Made by a program: the position numbers and the translations under genes. Source: Candidatus Sigynarchaeum calidifontis (GTDB taxonomy: Archaea; Asgardarchaeota; Lokiarchaeia; Sigyniarchaeales; Sigyniarchaeaceae). From it: DNA of 33,589 bases. The stretch covers positions 1 through 33,589 of the forward strand of contig JAUQYZ020000038.1 of NCBI GenBank assembly GCA_030587475.2. Direction: 5' to 3'. Positions 1-8,910 of this stretch are shown here, one piece after another. Under the pieces are notes generated by a model. That model had not been told where the DNA came from and ran no database searches. It was given only the letters and a program-made list of their open reading frames with translations. The first letter of the stretch is position 1. Every line of letters starts with the position of its first letter.

Positions 1-2
1 AT

Positions 3-167
3 GTCTTCTTGAAAAAGCTCAACCAGGAGGTCATCTGGGAACTCAAGCAAAAGAATTCCCACGCGGTTTTGACCAACCTGGTCGAATTAAGCCAGTTCCA
101 GGGTCTCAATGATCGCATCCAAGCGCTCTTGTATAAAGAGCATCGTAAAGAAAGGCTCATCAAGTAG
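3..167 (+). CDS. 3' end of a CDS truncated by the window start (hypothetical protein)
   Basis: Open frame from position 3 to TAG at 165-167 (VFLKKLNQEVIWELKQKNSHAVLTNLVELSQFQGLNDRIQALLYKEHRKERLIK*). Not in the ORF track because no start is visible. A GGATGA...TCATCC hairpin follows the stop. Confidence 0.6.
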   Translation, partial: VFLKKLNQEVIWELKQKNSHAVLTNLVELSQFQGLNDRIQALLYKEHRKERLIK

Positions 168-348
168 GATGATATGGATTTTTCATCCATGCCCCATGAT
201 CGATCGGAATCACTTCGTTTTCAGATTAGATCGTGCATTTCCAAAAACATGTGCCTGGTTCGGCACCATGGTATTCTCTCGATGACACCATGCTTGGAAT
301 ATGCGCGGGATGAGAATATCGTCAAGTCAAATCCACCATTAGACCGAA

Positions 349-768
349 GTGAACGACATGGAATTCTTCACAAAACACGCCAACGATGGTGTTTCTATGG
401 CTGCGAATGCCACGGCTATGCACAGCAGTTCGATGTTCGAGGAACCTGATTTTCCTACCCGGAAGTGTCGCATCGGCAAATCCATAAGCCCTGGTCCTGA
501 AAAGGGACGATTGGAAATCACCTTGATCTATAGGAACAAGGCAAATTTTCTCAGGGAAAACGTCGTGATCAACGAGTTCATACCTGCAGATTTCAGCATT
601 GTCTGCTCAAATGGCCATTACGGCACCACGCCACGTAACGGGGGCACGCTTGTCTCGTGGCTCATCGACAAGGTAGACCCGGACGAGGAAGTCGAGATCA
701 AGTATTCGATCAAGGCAGACAGCGATGCATCGAGCCTCAAGAACCTCGATTGCAAGGCATTCAAGTAA
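349..768 (+). CDS. Hypothetical protein with a DUF11/Ig-like beta-sandwich domain
   Basis: Pattern GKSISPG..LEITLIYRN..ENVVINEFIPADF..VSWLIDKVDPDEEVEIKYSI resembles DUF11-like domains. Start uncertain (GTG 349 or a later ATG). Confidence 0.6.
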   Translation: MNDMEFFTKHANDGVSMAANATAMHSSSMFEEPDFPTRKCRIGKSISPGPEKGRLEITLIYRNKANFLRENVVINEFIPADFSIVCSNGHYGTTPRNGGTLVSWLIDKVDPDEEVEIKYSIKADSDASSLKNLDCKAFK

Positions 769-846
769 TCCGCTTCAATCCTCTATTCATTGTATTTTTC
801 CAAACAATTCGCAAGAATTGAATAATTTTGAAACAACGCTTAGCAT

Positions 847-2412
847 TCAATCGTTGTAATCCAAATCTGTTAACGGCTTTCGCCGCTGGCTTTTGTCATG
901 GACCTTGAATGATGGCTTTTCGGCACGGCCGCCCCTTCTTTTAATGGTAAACAGGTGCACCAAGTATCTAATTACAATGAAAGAAGCGATAAATCCCGCA
1001 ACGATGATAATGAGGAGCAAACCAACAAGCCAGTTGACGGCCGGATCGATAGTGAAACAGAAGTAGATGCTGAGCAGCGCGAATTGAAATTGAACCGTCG
1101 TGAAGCCAAGCCTCATTATCTCCCGCGGGGTGACCGGGCGATTATGCTGCTTGGAGAGGGAAACGACGACCATGTTATCGCCCATCGCCGTTAAATTGTC
1201 GCCGAGAACGGTCGAGAATGCAAGTGCGGAATAAACGCTTCGGCTCGCTTCCCCGAGACCAAGATGGTTGATCACGGGCATCATGATTCGGGTAATCGCG
1301 GCTGGATCGGACACGCCGGCAAGGTAGCCGCTGACCCACAACACGAGAATGGTCGTTGCAAGAACGTTACCACCACTGATGCTACTAAAGCTTGCAGCGA
1401 CCGTGCCTAGAATCTCGACATCATACATTGCACCGCTGATAATGAAGATCCCGAGCAAATAGAACACGAGCTCGGCATCGAATTTTTCGAATATCTCGGC
1501 AATATTGAGACGGCTTATGATGACGAGCAAAATACCACCGATGAGTGCGATGATGTCGGGGGGGATGACGACCGGCGGTATTAGGATAAAAAAAGCCATC
1601 ACGCCAAGCAGCGTGAACAAGGACTTGTACATGAGCACCTTGTTAGGAATAAATGTCCACGTGTCAAATTCCTTGAGGATCTCGATTCCGGTTTCAATTT
1701 TTTTCCAGCTTTTCTTGTAAATGAAATAGAAAAGGATCATAGTGGGAAGGATCAAGACCATCGCGACGATCCCATTCGTCATGAAGAATTGAGCGAACGT
1801 GAATGGCACGTAAGTGGAGATCAAGATGTTTTCGATCGCGGAGATGGAAAACAGTGCTGCTCCGAGGTTCACAGAGATCCCCATCGTCAAGATGAATGGC
1901 TTGGCATCCAAATCGAGGATGCGACAGATCATAATGATTAAAGGAACGAGGATCATCACCGACAAGATGTTGTTCATCACGGCAGTGATCATGATAGCCA
2001 GGAGGTTGATCGTGACCATGAGCCGAAACGAGTTCTTGCCTGTCAGCTTGATGATGTTGAACGCGAGAAACTGGAACAGGCCCGATTGCGAGCAAACTTG
2101 AACGATGAGCAGCATTCCCACGATCAAAAATAGTGAATGGATGCTTGCGTAATTGTCGTCGGTATTGCCTACTATATACTCGATCACGCGTGAAAATTGC
2201 TTTCCTTCAATACATGTCACCACAAAGAAACAGACCAACGCGCCGCCTACCGATGCTGCGGCGCGGTTCAGTCTTTCTGTCACGATAAGGACGACAACGG
2301 TCGCTAGAACCGCCACGACGATGACGATGCTAATCAGTTGCGCCAAGGACAGATCACGATAAATTTGGATGGAGAACCAGAGTAGGCGTCCAACGTGCGA
2401 TGATGCAAGCAT
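847..2412 (-). CDS. ArsB/NhaD/SLC13-type (P-protein-like) ion transporter
   Basis: About 12-13 TM helices. Motifs LIVGMLLIV..SQSGLF, TAVMNNILSV, NLGAALFSI...ENILI, and LGDNLTAMG of the ion transporter (IT) superfamily. Confidence 0.85.
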   Translation of the reverse strand: MLASSHVGRLLWFSIQIYRDLSLAQLISIVIVVAVLATVVVLIVTERLNRAAASVGGALVCFFVVTCIEGKQFSRVIEYIVGNTDDNYASIHSLFLIVGMLLIVQVCSQSGLFQFLAFNIIKLTGKNSFRLMVTINLLAIMITAVMNNILSVMILVPLIIMICRILDLDAKPFILTMGISVNLGAALFSISAIENILISTYVPFTFAQFFMTNGIVAMVLILPTMILFYFIYKKSWKKIETGIEILKEFDTWTFIPNKVLMYKSLFTLLGVMAFFILIPPVVIPPDIIALIGGILLVIISRLNIAEIFEKFDAELVFYLLGIFIISGAMYDVEILGTVAASFSSISGGNVLATTILVLWVSGYLAGVSDPAAITRIMMPVINHLGLGEASRSVYSALAFSTVLGDNLTAMGDNMVVVSLSKQHNRPVTPREIMRLGFTTVQFQFALLSIYFCFTIDPAVNWLVGLLLIIIVAGFIASFIVIRYLVHLFTIKRRGGRAEKPSFKVHDKSQRRKPLTDLDYND

Positions 2413-2534
2413 GTTGGTATGCGATGAGGATATTCGTTATCTGAACTTAAGTCTGTTTCGCGGGCAATACAGATAAATACGGGACGGATGCATAATATAC
2501 GAAAGACACGAAGAGACTGACGGAATGGAGGTCG

Positions 2535-2921
2535 ATGCACGTGGATTATTTTCTGATTGAAAACAAGAAGATAGGAAAGGTCAAGATCCGGTTGTACAAG
2601 GATAAAGCACCTCGCACGATAGAGAAGATAGAAAAGTCTCTTCCCCTCGATCTTGACTTGTCTCGATGGGGAGACGAGCTTTATGGCGCGATTCCTGTTG
2701 AGGCAGAGCCAGAGAACCCTCAAGAAGAATGCGAAATAGGGGAGGTCGCATATTGGCTCGATGGGCCGGCGTTTTGCATCTTGTTTGGGAGAACGCCGGC
2801 ATCCCGGGGCCCAAAACCCCGCTTGATCTCTCCAGGCAACGTGTTCGGAAAAATCGAAGGTGACCCTTCAATCTTCAAGGAATTCGACACGTTCAAGGGA
2901 AAACTTCTGCCCGGTAAATAG
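2535..2921 (+). CDS. Cyclophilin-like fold protein (DUF369/TM1367-like)
   Basis: APRT..LP..RWGDELY..GEVAYW..GPAFCILFGRTP..NVFGKI signature. GGAGG precedes the ATG. Confidence 0.85.
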   Translation: MHVDYFLIENKKIGKVKIRLYKDKAPRTIEKIEKSLPLDLDLSRWGDELYGAIPVEAEPENPQEECEIGEVAYWLDGPAFCILFGRTPASRGPKPRLISPGNVFGKIEGDPSIFKEFDTFKGKLLPGK

Positions 2922-2927
2922 ATGACC

Positions 2928-4019
2928 CTAATACCTTGCGAACCGTTCGTAAGCATCGAACAAGGCTATCACGTTCTCGATACGCGTGTCGGCTTGAATG
3001 TTATGCGCCGTGCAAATGATGTAGCCACCATTCCGCCCCAGCGTCTCCTTGCACAAAGTCTTTACCTCGGCCTCGACCTCGACGGGGGAGCCGAAACGAA
3101 GCGGGCCTTGCAACGAGACACCGCCGTGGAAGATCAAGCGGCTCCCGAACTCTTCCTTGAGGGCAGCATGATCCATGTCATAAACGAGCGGCTGTATCGG
3201 GTTCAAGATGTCGAGACCGCACTCGATCATGTCCCCGATGATCGGGTGGATGGACCCGCATGAATGGTGCATCACGGGTACACCAGCAGCCTTCGATATT
3301 TGTATGAATTCCTTGAAGCCAGGCATGAGATTCTTCCGCCACACGTCCACCTGGCAGAACAAGCCGTTCTGGGTGCCAAAATCGTCCCCCGTCACGATGA
3401 CATCGATCTTTCCCCTCGCCGCCTTCAAGATTCTGCGCAAGTACTCGCGATAGAACTCGCGTATCTTGTCCCGCACGGCGATGAAGATCTCGTTGCTTTT
3501 GCGGCGCATGTCGATCAAGATCTGGTCGACCCCGCGCAAGTACATGGCAGGCTTGAGTTGGGCGATGCGGTTGAGCCGGTCGCCCATGAACATGGTCACG
3601 CGGTCGCCGCAAGCCTCGCATTGCTCGGCAATGGACGAGTAATCGTACCAGTCCGGGCTTGGCCATTTTGGATACTTCATGACGTCGTCCACGGTCTTGC
3701 AATCCTTCAAGGGATGAACGGTGACCGCCTTGTAGGATCCCCTGAACTCGCCTTCGCCCGTGAATATTGTTTGCCTCGGAACACCCCAGATATCATCTTC
3801 ACTGCCGTCCCCGTGCTTGGCAAGAGGAGGGCCGATATATCTCGGGCCATCGATGTATCGGAAGTCGATATCGAGTTTTTCCAGCAGATCCTCGCGACTC
3901 TTCAAGCCATAATGCTTCATCAAGCGCTTGTCGATCTCGGGAACTGCCCAATAATCACGGAGGACGCGATCGGGCAGCTCGCGCCGGAGAAGCTTCTTGA
4001 ACCGTTGCTTCGAGTTCAT
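2928..4019 (-). CDS. Uroporphyrinogen decarboxylase-family (URO-D/MtaA-CmuA-like) protein
   Basis: DIWGV, LRG.DQILID, GDDFGTQ, HHSCGS, GLDILNPIQP, FHGGV and GGYIICTAHNIQ motifs. Its ATG overlaps the upstream stop (ATGA, 4016-4019). Confidence 0.88.
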   Translation of the reverse strand: MNSKQRFKKLLRRELPDRVLRDYWAVPEIDKRLMKHYGLKSREDLLEKLDIDFRYIDGPRYIGPPLAKHGDGSEDDIWGVPRQTIFTGEGEFRGSYKAVTVHPLKDCKTVDDVMKYPKWPSPDWYDYSSIAEQCEACGDRVTMFMGDRLNRIAQLKPAMYLRGVDQILIDMRRKSNEIFIAVRDKIREFYREYLRRILKAARGKIDVIVTGDDFGTQNGLFCQVDVWRKNLMPGFKEFIQISKAAGVPVMHHSCGSIHPIIGDMIECGLDILNPIQPLVYDMDHAALKEEFGSRLIFHGGVSLQGPLRFGSPVEVEAEVKTLCKETLGRNGGYIICTAHNIQADTRIENVIALFDAYERFARY

Positions 4020-5227
4020 GCCTTCACCACGCGCTTGATCGATTCGACGAGGTAGTCAAGGTGTTCTTGCGTGAGGCGCGGGTGGCACGGCAGCGTGACG
4101 AGCCGCTCCCAGCGCTCGCACGCGACCGGGCATTCCCTTGGCGAATGCCCGCGATCCCTGAAGGCCTTGACATGAACGAGGGGCATATAATGGGTGCCAC
4201 ACTTGATCCCGAAGTCCTGGTGCAGCTTATAGATGAACTGGTCGCGGGTTACTTTCGAATCCTTTTCGACGAAGAGCAAGAAGAGATGGTACACCGATTC
4301 CGCGCCGGGCACGAGGGCCGTTGGCGTCATGCCCGGTATCTTTCCGAGTTCCTCGGCGAGGAACGCGGCGATTTCCTGGCGGCGCTGGTTCAGCTTCGTG
4401 AGCTTTTGCAGCTGGCAAATCCCCACCGCGCCTTGCAGATCGGTCATGCGGACGTTATACCCGCAATCGTCGAAATCCTGGAACCAGTATCTGCCCCTGT
4501 CCATTTCGCTCGCGTACTTGGAAGGATCGAGCGACAAGTATTTCGTCGACAAGCCGAACACGCGCGTGCAGTGAGACTTGTATGATCGCACACGCTCGTC
4601 GAGCGAATCGTCGTTCGTGGTTACCATCCCCCCTTCGCCGAGCGTGGACATGTTTTTTTGCTCGTGGAAGGAGAAGCAGCCGATGTCTCCGATGCTGCCG
4701 GCCATCCGTCCCTTGTACTTCCCACCTGGCGCGTGCGCCGCGTCCTCTATCACGCGCAGCCCGTGCTTCGCGGCGATCTCGACGACGGGATCCATGTCAA
4801 CCGCTTGCCCGTACAAGTGGACGGGGATGATGGCCCTCGTTTTTTTCGTGATCAAGGGCTCGATAGTCGCCGGATCCATGTTCATGGTCAATGGATCCAC
4901 GTCGCAGAACTTGATCCTCGCGCCGAGCACCACGGCGCTCGCGGCCGTGGCGATCCACGTGATAGGCGTCGTGATGACCTCGTCGCCGGGCTTGATGTCG
5001 ATGGCCTTGCAAGCCATGAGCAGCGCGGCCGTGCCATTCGAAACGGCTATCGCGTGCCTCGTCTTGCACATTTCGGCGAATTTTTGCTCGAACTCGACAA
5101 CGCTCTTGCCGCTCGTTGGTGCATCGCGGGCCAGGCACTCCGCGATGGCTGCCTTTTCCTCTTCACCATACACGGTTCCGAACCGGGTTTGCAAATCGTA
5201 CTTGACCGGTGTCGTTGGCGGGTTCAT
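4016..5227 (-). CDS. DegT/DnrJ/EryC1/StrS family PLP-dependent aminotransferase
   Basis: AVSNGTAAL, GDEVITTPITW, IIPVHLYG, IEDAAHA and SFHEQKNMSTLGEGGM (PLP lysine). Start reassigned to ATG 5227 (403 aa); the track's extension to 6346 is antisense to GDPD and aguB. Confidence 0.93.
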   Translation of the reverse strand: MNPPTTPVKYDLQTRFGTVYGEEEKAAIAECLARDAPTSGKSVVEFEQKFAEMCKTRHAIAVSNGTAALLMACKAIDIKPGDEVITTPITWIATAASAVVLGARIKFCDVDPLTMNMDPATIEPLITKKTRAIIPVHLYGQAVDMDPVVEIAAKHGLRVIEDAAHAPGGKYKGRMAGSIGDIGCFSFHEQKNMSTLGEGGMVTTNDDSLDERVRSYKSHCTRVFGLSTKYLSLDPSKYASEMDRGRYWFQDFDDCGYNVRMTDLQGAVGICQLQKLTKLNQRRQEIAAFLAEELGKIPGMTPTALVPGAESVYHLFLLFVEKDSKVTRDQFIYKLHQDFGIKCGTHYMPLVHVKAFRDRGHSPRECPVACERWERLVTLPCHPRLTQEHLDYLVESIKRVVKA

Positions 5228-5278
5228 AGTGATCGATATTTTTTGTTTATTGAACACAATAAGGTTTGGTGAACTGAA

Positions 5279-6034
5279 ATGGCCCGCTTGCTCTCGTTCC
5301 CAAGACCGCAGGTGCTCGCGCACCGGATGCTCGTGCCTGGTTACCCGGAAAACACGATCCTCTCGCTCAAGGAGGCGGTCAAGTTCGTCGATTGGGTCGA
5401 GTTCGATGTCAAGGTGCTCACCGATGGAACCATCGTGTCGCTGCATGACAGCACCGTGGATCGCACGACGGATGGGACGGGGGACATCACCAAGATGGAT
5501 TACAACGAAGTCAAGAAACTGAACGCCGGTAAAGGATACGGCTTCGGATTCGTCCCCATCCCGAAAGTCGAGGAGATCCTCGAGGTGCTCGGAACTTGTG
5601 GCAGGTTCGTCCGTGCCGAGATGCACATCCATAACCTCTGGGAACCGGAGCCGCTCGTCGCGATGCTCGACAAGTACCACGTGCGCGATCGTTGTTATTT
5701 CAATTTGAATGCCATGATGATGGCCATTTACATGCGGGAGGAATTGCACGACACCACGTCCTTGCTCAGCTTGAACGTGCAGGGAGATTCCCCCGAAATG
5801 AAAGACTTGTGCAATCAATACGACCTCGCCTATCTCTGCATCCCGCACGCGCTGTTGACCGCCGAGTATGTTGACCACATACACGCGTACCGGCGCGAGA
5901 ATCCCGTGTTCGTGCAATGCTATCCCGTGCAAACCGAGCGCGATTGGCAACGCATGATCGACATCGGCGTCGACGTGATACAGACCGATTTCCCTGATGG
6001 GCTGGCAGCGTACATTGCCGAGCACGTCGCGTGA
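5279..6034 (+). CDS. Glycerophosphodiester phosphodiesterase family protein
   Basis: AHR..PENT..VEFDV..TDG..HDSTVDRTT and C-terminal GVDVIQTDFP. HRM replaces the usual HRG. Confidence 0.88.
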   Translation: MARLLSFPRPQVLAHRMLVPGYPENTILSLKEAVKFVDWVEFDVKVLTDGTIVSLHDSTVDRTTDGTGDITKMDYNEVKKLNAGKGYGFGFVPIPKVEEILEVLGTCGRFVRAEMHIHNLWEPEPLVAMLDKYHVRDRCYFNLNAMMMAIYMREELHDTTSLLSLNVQGDSPEMKDLCNQYDLAYLCIPHALLTAEYVDHIHAYRRENPVFVQCYPVQTERDWQRMIDIGVDVIQTDFPDGLAAYIAEHVA

Positions 6035-6107
6035 TGCATGGGTAGTGGCAACAAGGCGCGTTTCCCGGGACCTTTTAACCACTCGCGCCATCTCATCTCT
6101 TGATCCC

Positions 6108-6971
6108 ATGAAGTCATCGAACGTGACGATCGCGTTGATCCAGGCCGCTGTCGGCGAGAAAATCGACGCGAACTTGGAAAATACCCGGCGGCTCGTCGTA
6201 AAAGCTGCGAAGCAAGGCGCGAAGATCGTTTGCTTGCAAGAGTTATTCGCGACCCGGTATTTCGCACAAAAAGAAGACAAGGAGGCCCTTAAACTCGCGG
6301 AACCCGTGCCAGGCAAGACAAGCACCTTCCTGGCCGGGCTTGCCAAGGAATGTCACGTCACGCTGGTTGGTGGCTCGATTTTCGAGCTCGGTGATGATGG
6401 AAACCGCTATAATACGTCCTTGATCTTTGATCCCGCGGGAAACCTCGTCGGGAAATACCGGAAGGTGCACGTCCCGCACGATCCGAACTATTGGGAAAAA
6501 TTCTATTTCACCCCGGGAAATCTCGGCTATGTCACTGCGAAAGTCGATAACCTGACCATCGCCCCGTTGATATGTTATGACCAATGGTTTCCAGAACCGG
6601 CCCGCATTCTCGCGATGCGCGGGGTCCAGATCATCTTTTACCCGACTGCCATCGGCTGGTTTCCCGAGATGAGAAGGTTCGAGCCGTGGACGGCGGACCG
6701 TTGGGAGGCGGCCATGCGTGCCCATGCCTCGATGAATGCCATCTACGTCGCCGCGGTGAATCGAACGGGAAAGGAGGGAAACTTGACGTTCTGGGGCAGG
6801 TCGTTCGTTGCGGATCCGTATGGCGAGATCGTTGCACGTGCACCGGAATCCGAGGAAATCGTGCTCATGGCCAATTTAGACCTCGAGAAAATATTCCAAT
6901 CCCAGGACGGCTGGTTATTCATGAAAAATCGTCGCCCCGACACGTATGGATCGCTGGTAGAAAAACAATGA
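6108..6971 (+). CDS. aguB: N-carbamoylputrescine amidohydrolase (nitrilase superfamily)
   Basis: E-K-C triad in CLQELF, YRKVHVP...EKFYFTPG and ICYDQWFPE; YPTAIGW motif; adjacent to agmatine deiminase. Start set at ATG 6108. Confidence 0.85.
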   Translation: MKSSNVTIALIQAAVGEKIDANLENTRRLVVKAAKQGAKIVCLQELFATRYFAQKEDKEALKLAEPVPGKTSTFLAGLAKECHVTLVGGSIFELGDDGNRYNTSLIFDPAGNLVGKYRKVHVPHDPNYWEKFYFTPGNLGYVTAKVDNLTIAPLICYDQWFPEPARILAMRGVQIIFYPTAIGWFPEMRRFEPWTADRWEAAMRAHASMNAIYVAAVNRTGKEGNLTFWGRSFVADPYGEIVARAPESEEIVLMANLDLEKIFQSQDGWLFMKNRRPDTYGSLVEKQ

Positions 6972-8035
6972 GATGGATCGAGGGCATCCCGTCAAAGCTC
7001 GGGTACCGCATGCCCGGCGAATTCGAGCGACAGAACGCCGTCTGGCTCGCCTGGCCTCACAACGAGGAGACATTTTATGGCCCGGAAAACGTCAAGGCGG
7101 TAGAGCACATTTACGTGATGAACATTGCCGCCTTGCATTCGGGGCAAAACGTGCACTTGCTCGTCAAAGACAGGGCCATGAAAAAGAGAGTAGAGAACAT
7201 ACTTGTATCGGCGGGCATCTCGATGGACAAGATCCATTTGCACGAGATCCCGACGGTCGACGTGTGGATACGCGATTACGGGCCGACTTTCGTCGTCAAC
7301 CCCGCGGCAAAGGAGCCTCTGGCCATGGTCAAGTGGACGTTCAACGCGTGGGGAAACAAGTACGACGACTTGGCCATGGACGACCGGGTGCCATTCGCGA
7401 TGCAAGCAAAAGCCTTCGACGTGCCAGCATTCGATCCCGGCATCGTGCTCGAGGGGGGCTCGATCGATTCCAATGGCCAAGGCTGCTTGCTCACGACCGA
7501 GCAATGCTTGCTCAACCCGAATCGAAACCCGTCCCTTTCCAAGGAGCAGATCGAACAGAAGCTCAAGGATTACCTGGGAGTAAAAAAGGTACTTTGGCTC
7601 GGCCAGGGTATCGCGGGTGACGACACGGACGGCCACGTGGACGACATCGCCCGGTTCACTAGTCCGAACACCATCGCGTGCGCCTACGAGGACGACTCCT
7701 CTGACGAGAACCACGACGTGTTGGCGGAGAACCACGAACGCCTCACCAGGATGACCGACGTGAACGGCGATCCGTTCACGATCGTGAAGATCCCCATGCC
7801 AGGCAAGGTCATGATCAACGACACGCGCCTGCCTGCCAGTTACTTGAATTTCTACGTCGGGAACGACGCGGTGACCGTGCCAATCTTCGGCCACGAGAAC
7901 GATGCCAAGGCAATCGAGATCCTCAAGGGACTTTTCCCCACGAGGAAGGTCATGGGCATCGAGTGCACCAAGCTGGTCTACGGCCTCGGGACGCTGCATT
8001 GCAGTAGCCAGCAAGAACCGGTACCTCGATTCTAA
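6968..8035 (+). CDS. aguA: Agmatine deiminase
   Basis: RMPGEF..WLAWP, WIRDYGP, FNAWG.KY, LEGGSID.NG, DDTDGHVDD, ASYLNFY and GTLHCSSQQEP. ATG at 6968 overlaps the aguB stop (ATGA). Confidence 0.92.
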   Translation: MRWIEGIPSKLGYRMPGEFERQNAVWLAWPHNEETFYGPENVKAVEHIYVMNIAALHSGQNVHLLVKDRAMKKRVENILVSAGISMDKIHLHEIPTVDVWIRDYGPTFVVNPAAKEPLAMVKWTFNAWGNKYDDLAMDDRVPFAMQAKAFDVPAFDPGIVLEGGSIDSNGQGCLLTTEQCLLNPNRNPSLSKEQIEQKLKDYLGVKKVLWLGQGIAGDDTDGHVDDIARFTSPNTIACAYEDDSSDENHDVLAENHERLTRMTDVNGDPFTIVKIPMPGKVMINDTRLPASYLNFYVGNDAVTVPIFGHENDAKAIEILKGLFPTRKVMGIECTKLVYGLGTLHCSSQQEPVPRF

Positions 8036-8103
8036 ATTCATCTTGTCATTTTTCAGCTTGGGATGTATAAAGGAGTGAGAAAAAAGGAGGACTCTCGATA
8101 GAA

Positions 8104-8871
8104 TTAATCCCGAATGCGTAGTCCCTGCCGGTAAAGAATGGCCGAGATGATTTGTAAAATATACCCGAATATCGTGTCCCATTTGGCCCATTCTGATATT
8201 CCAAAAGGTCTTGTGACCGATATCTCCATGATTGACAGAGTGTAGATAAACCCTATGTAAAACAATAGCGATGCGAAGATGATAGCAATTGATCGCACGC
8301 GTAGCTCGCCCGTCGATTCTTTGGCGAGCTTGATATTGATGCCCATGTTCATCACGAGGCCAATCACCACCCCAAGAACTGCCGCGGTGCATAAAACGAA
8401 AGAATAATACGTCCACGTGAGCTGCGGGATGAATATGAATAGGACACCAATTGAAACGATGATGAGAAACTTCGTAATGATCCATCTGTTCCAATTGAGC
8501 GTCAACTCCAGCGGATACACCTGGCCCGCGATGAGCAGCATCAAGGATGAAATTCCGATAATGAAGATGGGTTTCACCATTTTAAGAACGAAGAACAGAA
8601 TGGCCCGGTGCGATTCGCTGTAACCCGGAAAATCGCCCTCTAACCAGCTCGAGTCAAAGAGGTGTAAAGCCGATCCCAACTCGGAGATTGAATATCCTAG
8701 TTGGTAACAAAAGAGAACGAGGAAAAAGAATGCATAGCCGACGAAAAACTTGTTGGTGAAACCGGCCGCCTTCGACTTCAGATAATTTTTCCGGAAGAAC
8801 AAGAACATGTACAAATAGACGACGACGATGACGAATCTTGCAATGAGCACGAGTTCATTCTCAAATGCCAT
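8104..8871 (-). CDS. Hypothetical 7TM membrane protein (paralog of the N-terminal half of 8911-10356)
   Basis: Seven hydrophobic segments; basic loop after TM1 (RKNYLKSK); high identity to the neighbouring protein. Confidence 0.8.
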   Translation of the reverse strand: MAFENELVLIARFVIVVVYLYMFLFFRKNYLKSKAAGFTNKFFVGYAFFFLVLFCYQLGYSISELGSALHLFDSSWLEGDFPGYSESHRAILFFVLKMVKPIFIIGISSLMLLIAGQVYPLELTLNWNRWIITKFLIIVSIGVLFIFIPQLTWTYYSFVLCTAAVLGVVIGLVMNMGINIKLAKESTGELRVRSIAIIFASLLFYIGFIYTLSIMEISVTRPFGISEWAKWDTIFGYILQIISAILYRQGLRIRD

Positions 8872-8910
8872 GGCAACTCACTTTTTTGGATCGTTGTTCA
8901 ACCTTTGCAT

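Noticed and set aside
168-348. SECIS-like element or recoded (Sec/Pyl) ORF in the first intergenic gap
   Set aside because: Only small hairpins are present, and I saw no in-frame TGA/TAG interrupting a recognisable domain anywhere in the window.
5228-6346. Apparent 373-aa N-terminal extension of the DegT aminotransferase (776-aa ORF)
   Set aside because: It is the antisense shadow of GDPD and aguB; DegT homology begins at ATG 5227.
6584-6967. N-terminal extension of agmatine deiminase in the ORF track
   Set aside because: It overlaps aguB out of frame; the ATGA-coupled start at 6968 gives a normal-length enzyme.
6992-8494. 500-aa minus-strand ORF, and similar long antisense ORFs (3264-4055, 15219-16136, 18624-19544, 23164-24168, 29845-31035)
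   Set aside because: Each mirrors a well-supported gene, has no recognisable motifs, and is expected from GC-rich codon bias.
8104-8871. Microbial rhodopsin or heliorhodopsin call for the 7TM proteins
   Set aside because: No retinal-binding lysine motif (DxxxK or SxxxK) in TM7 and no helix-C counter-ion motif.
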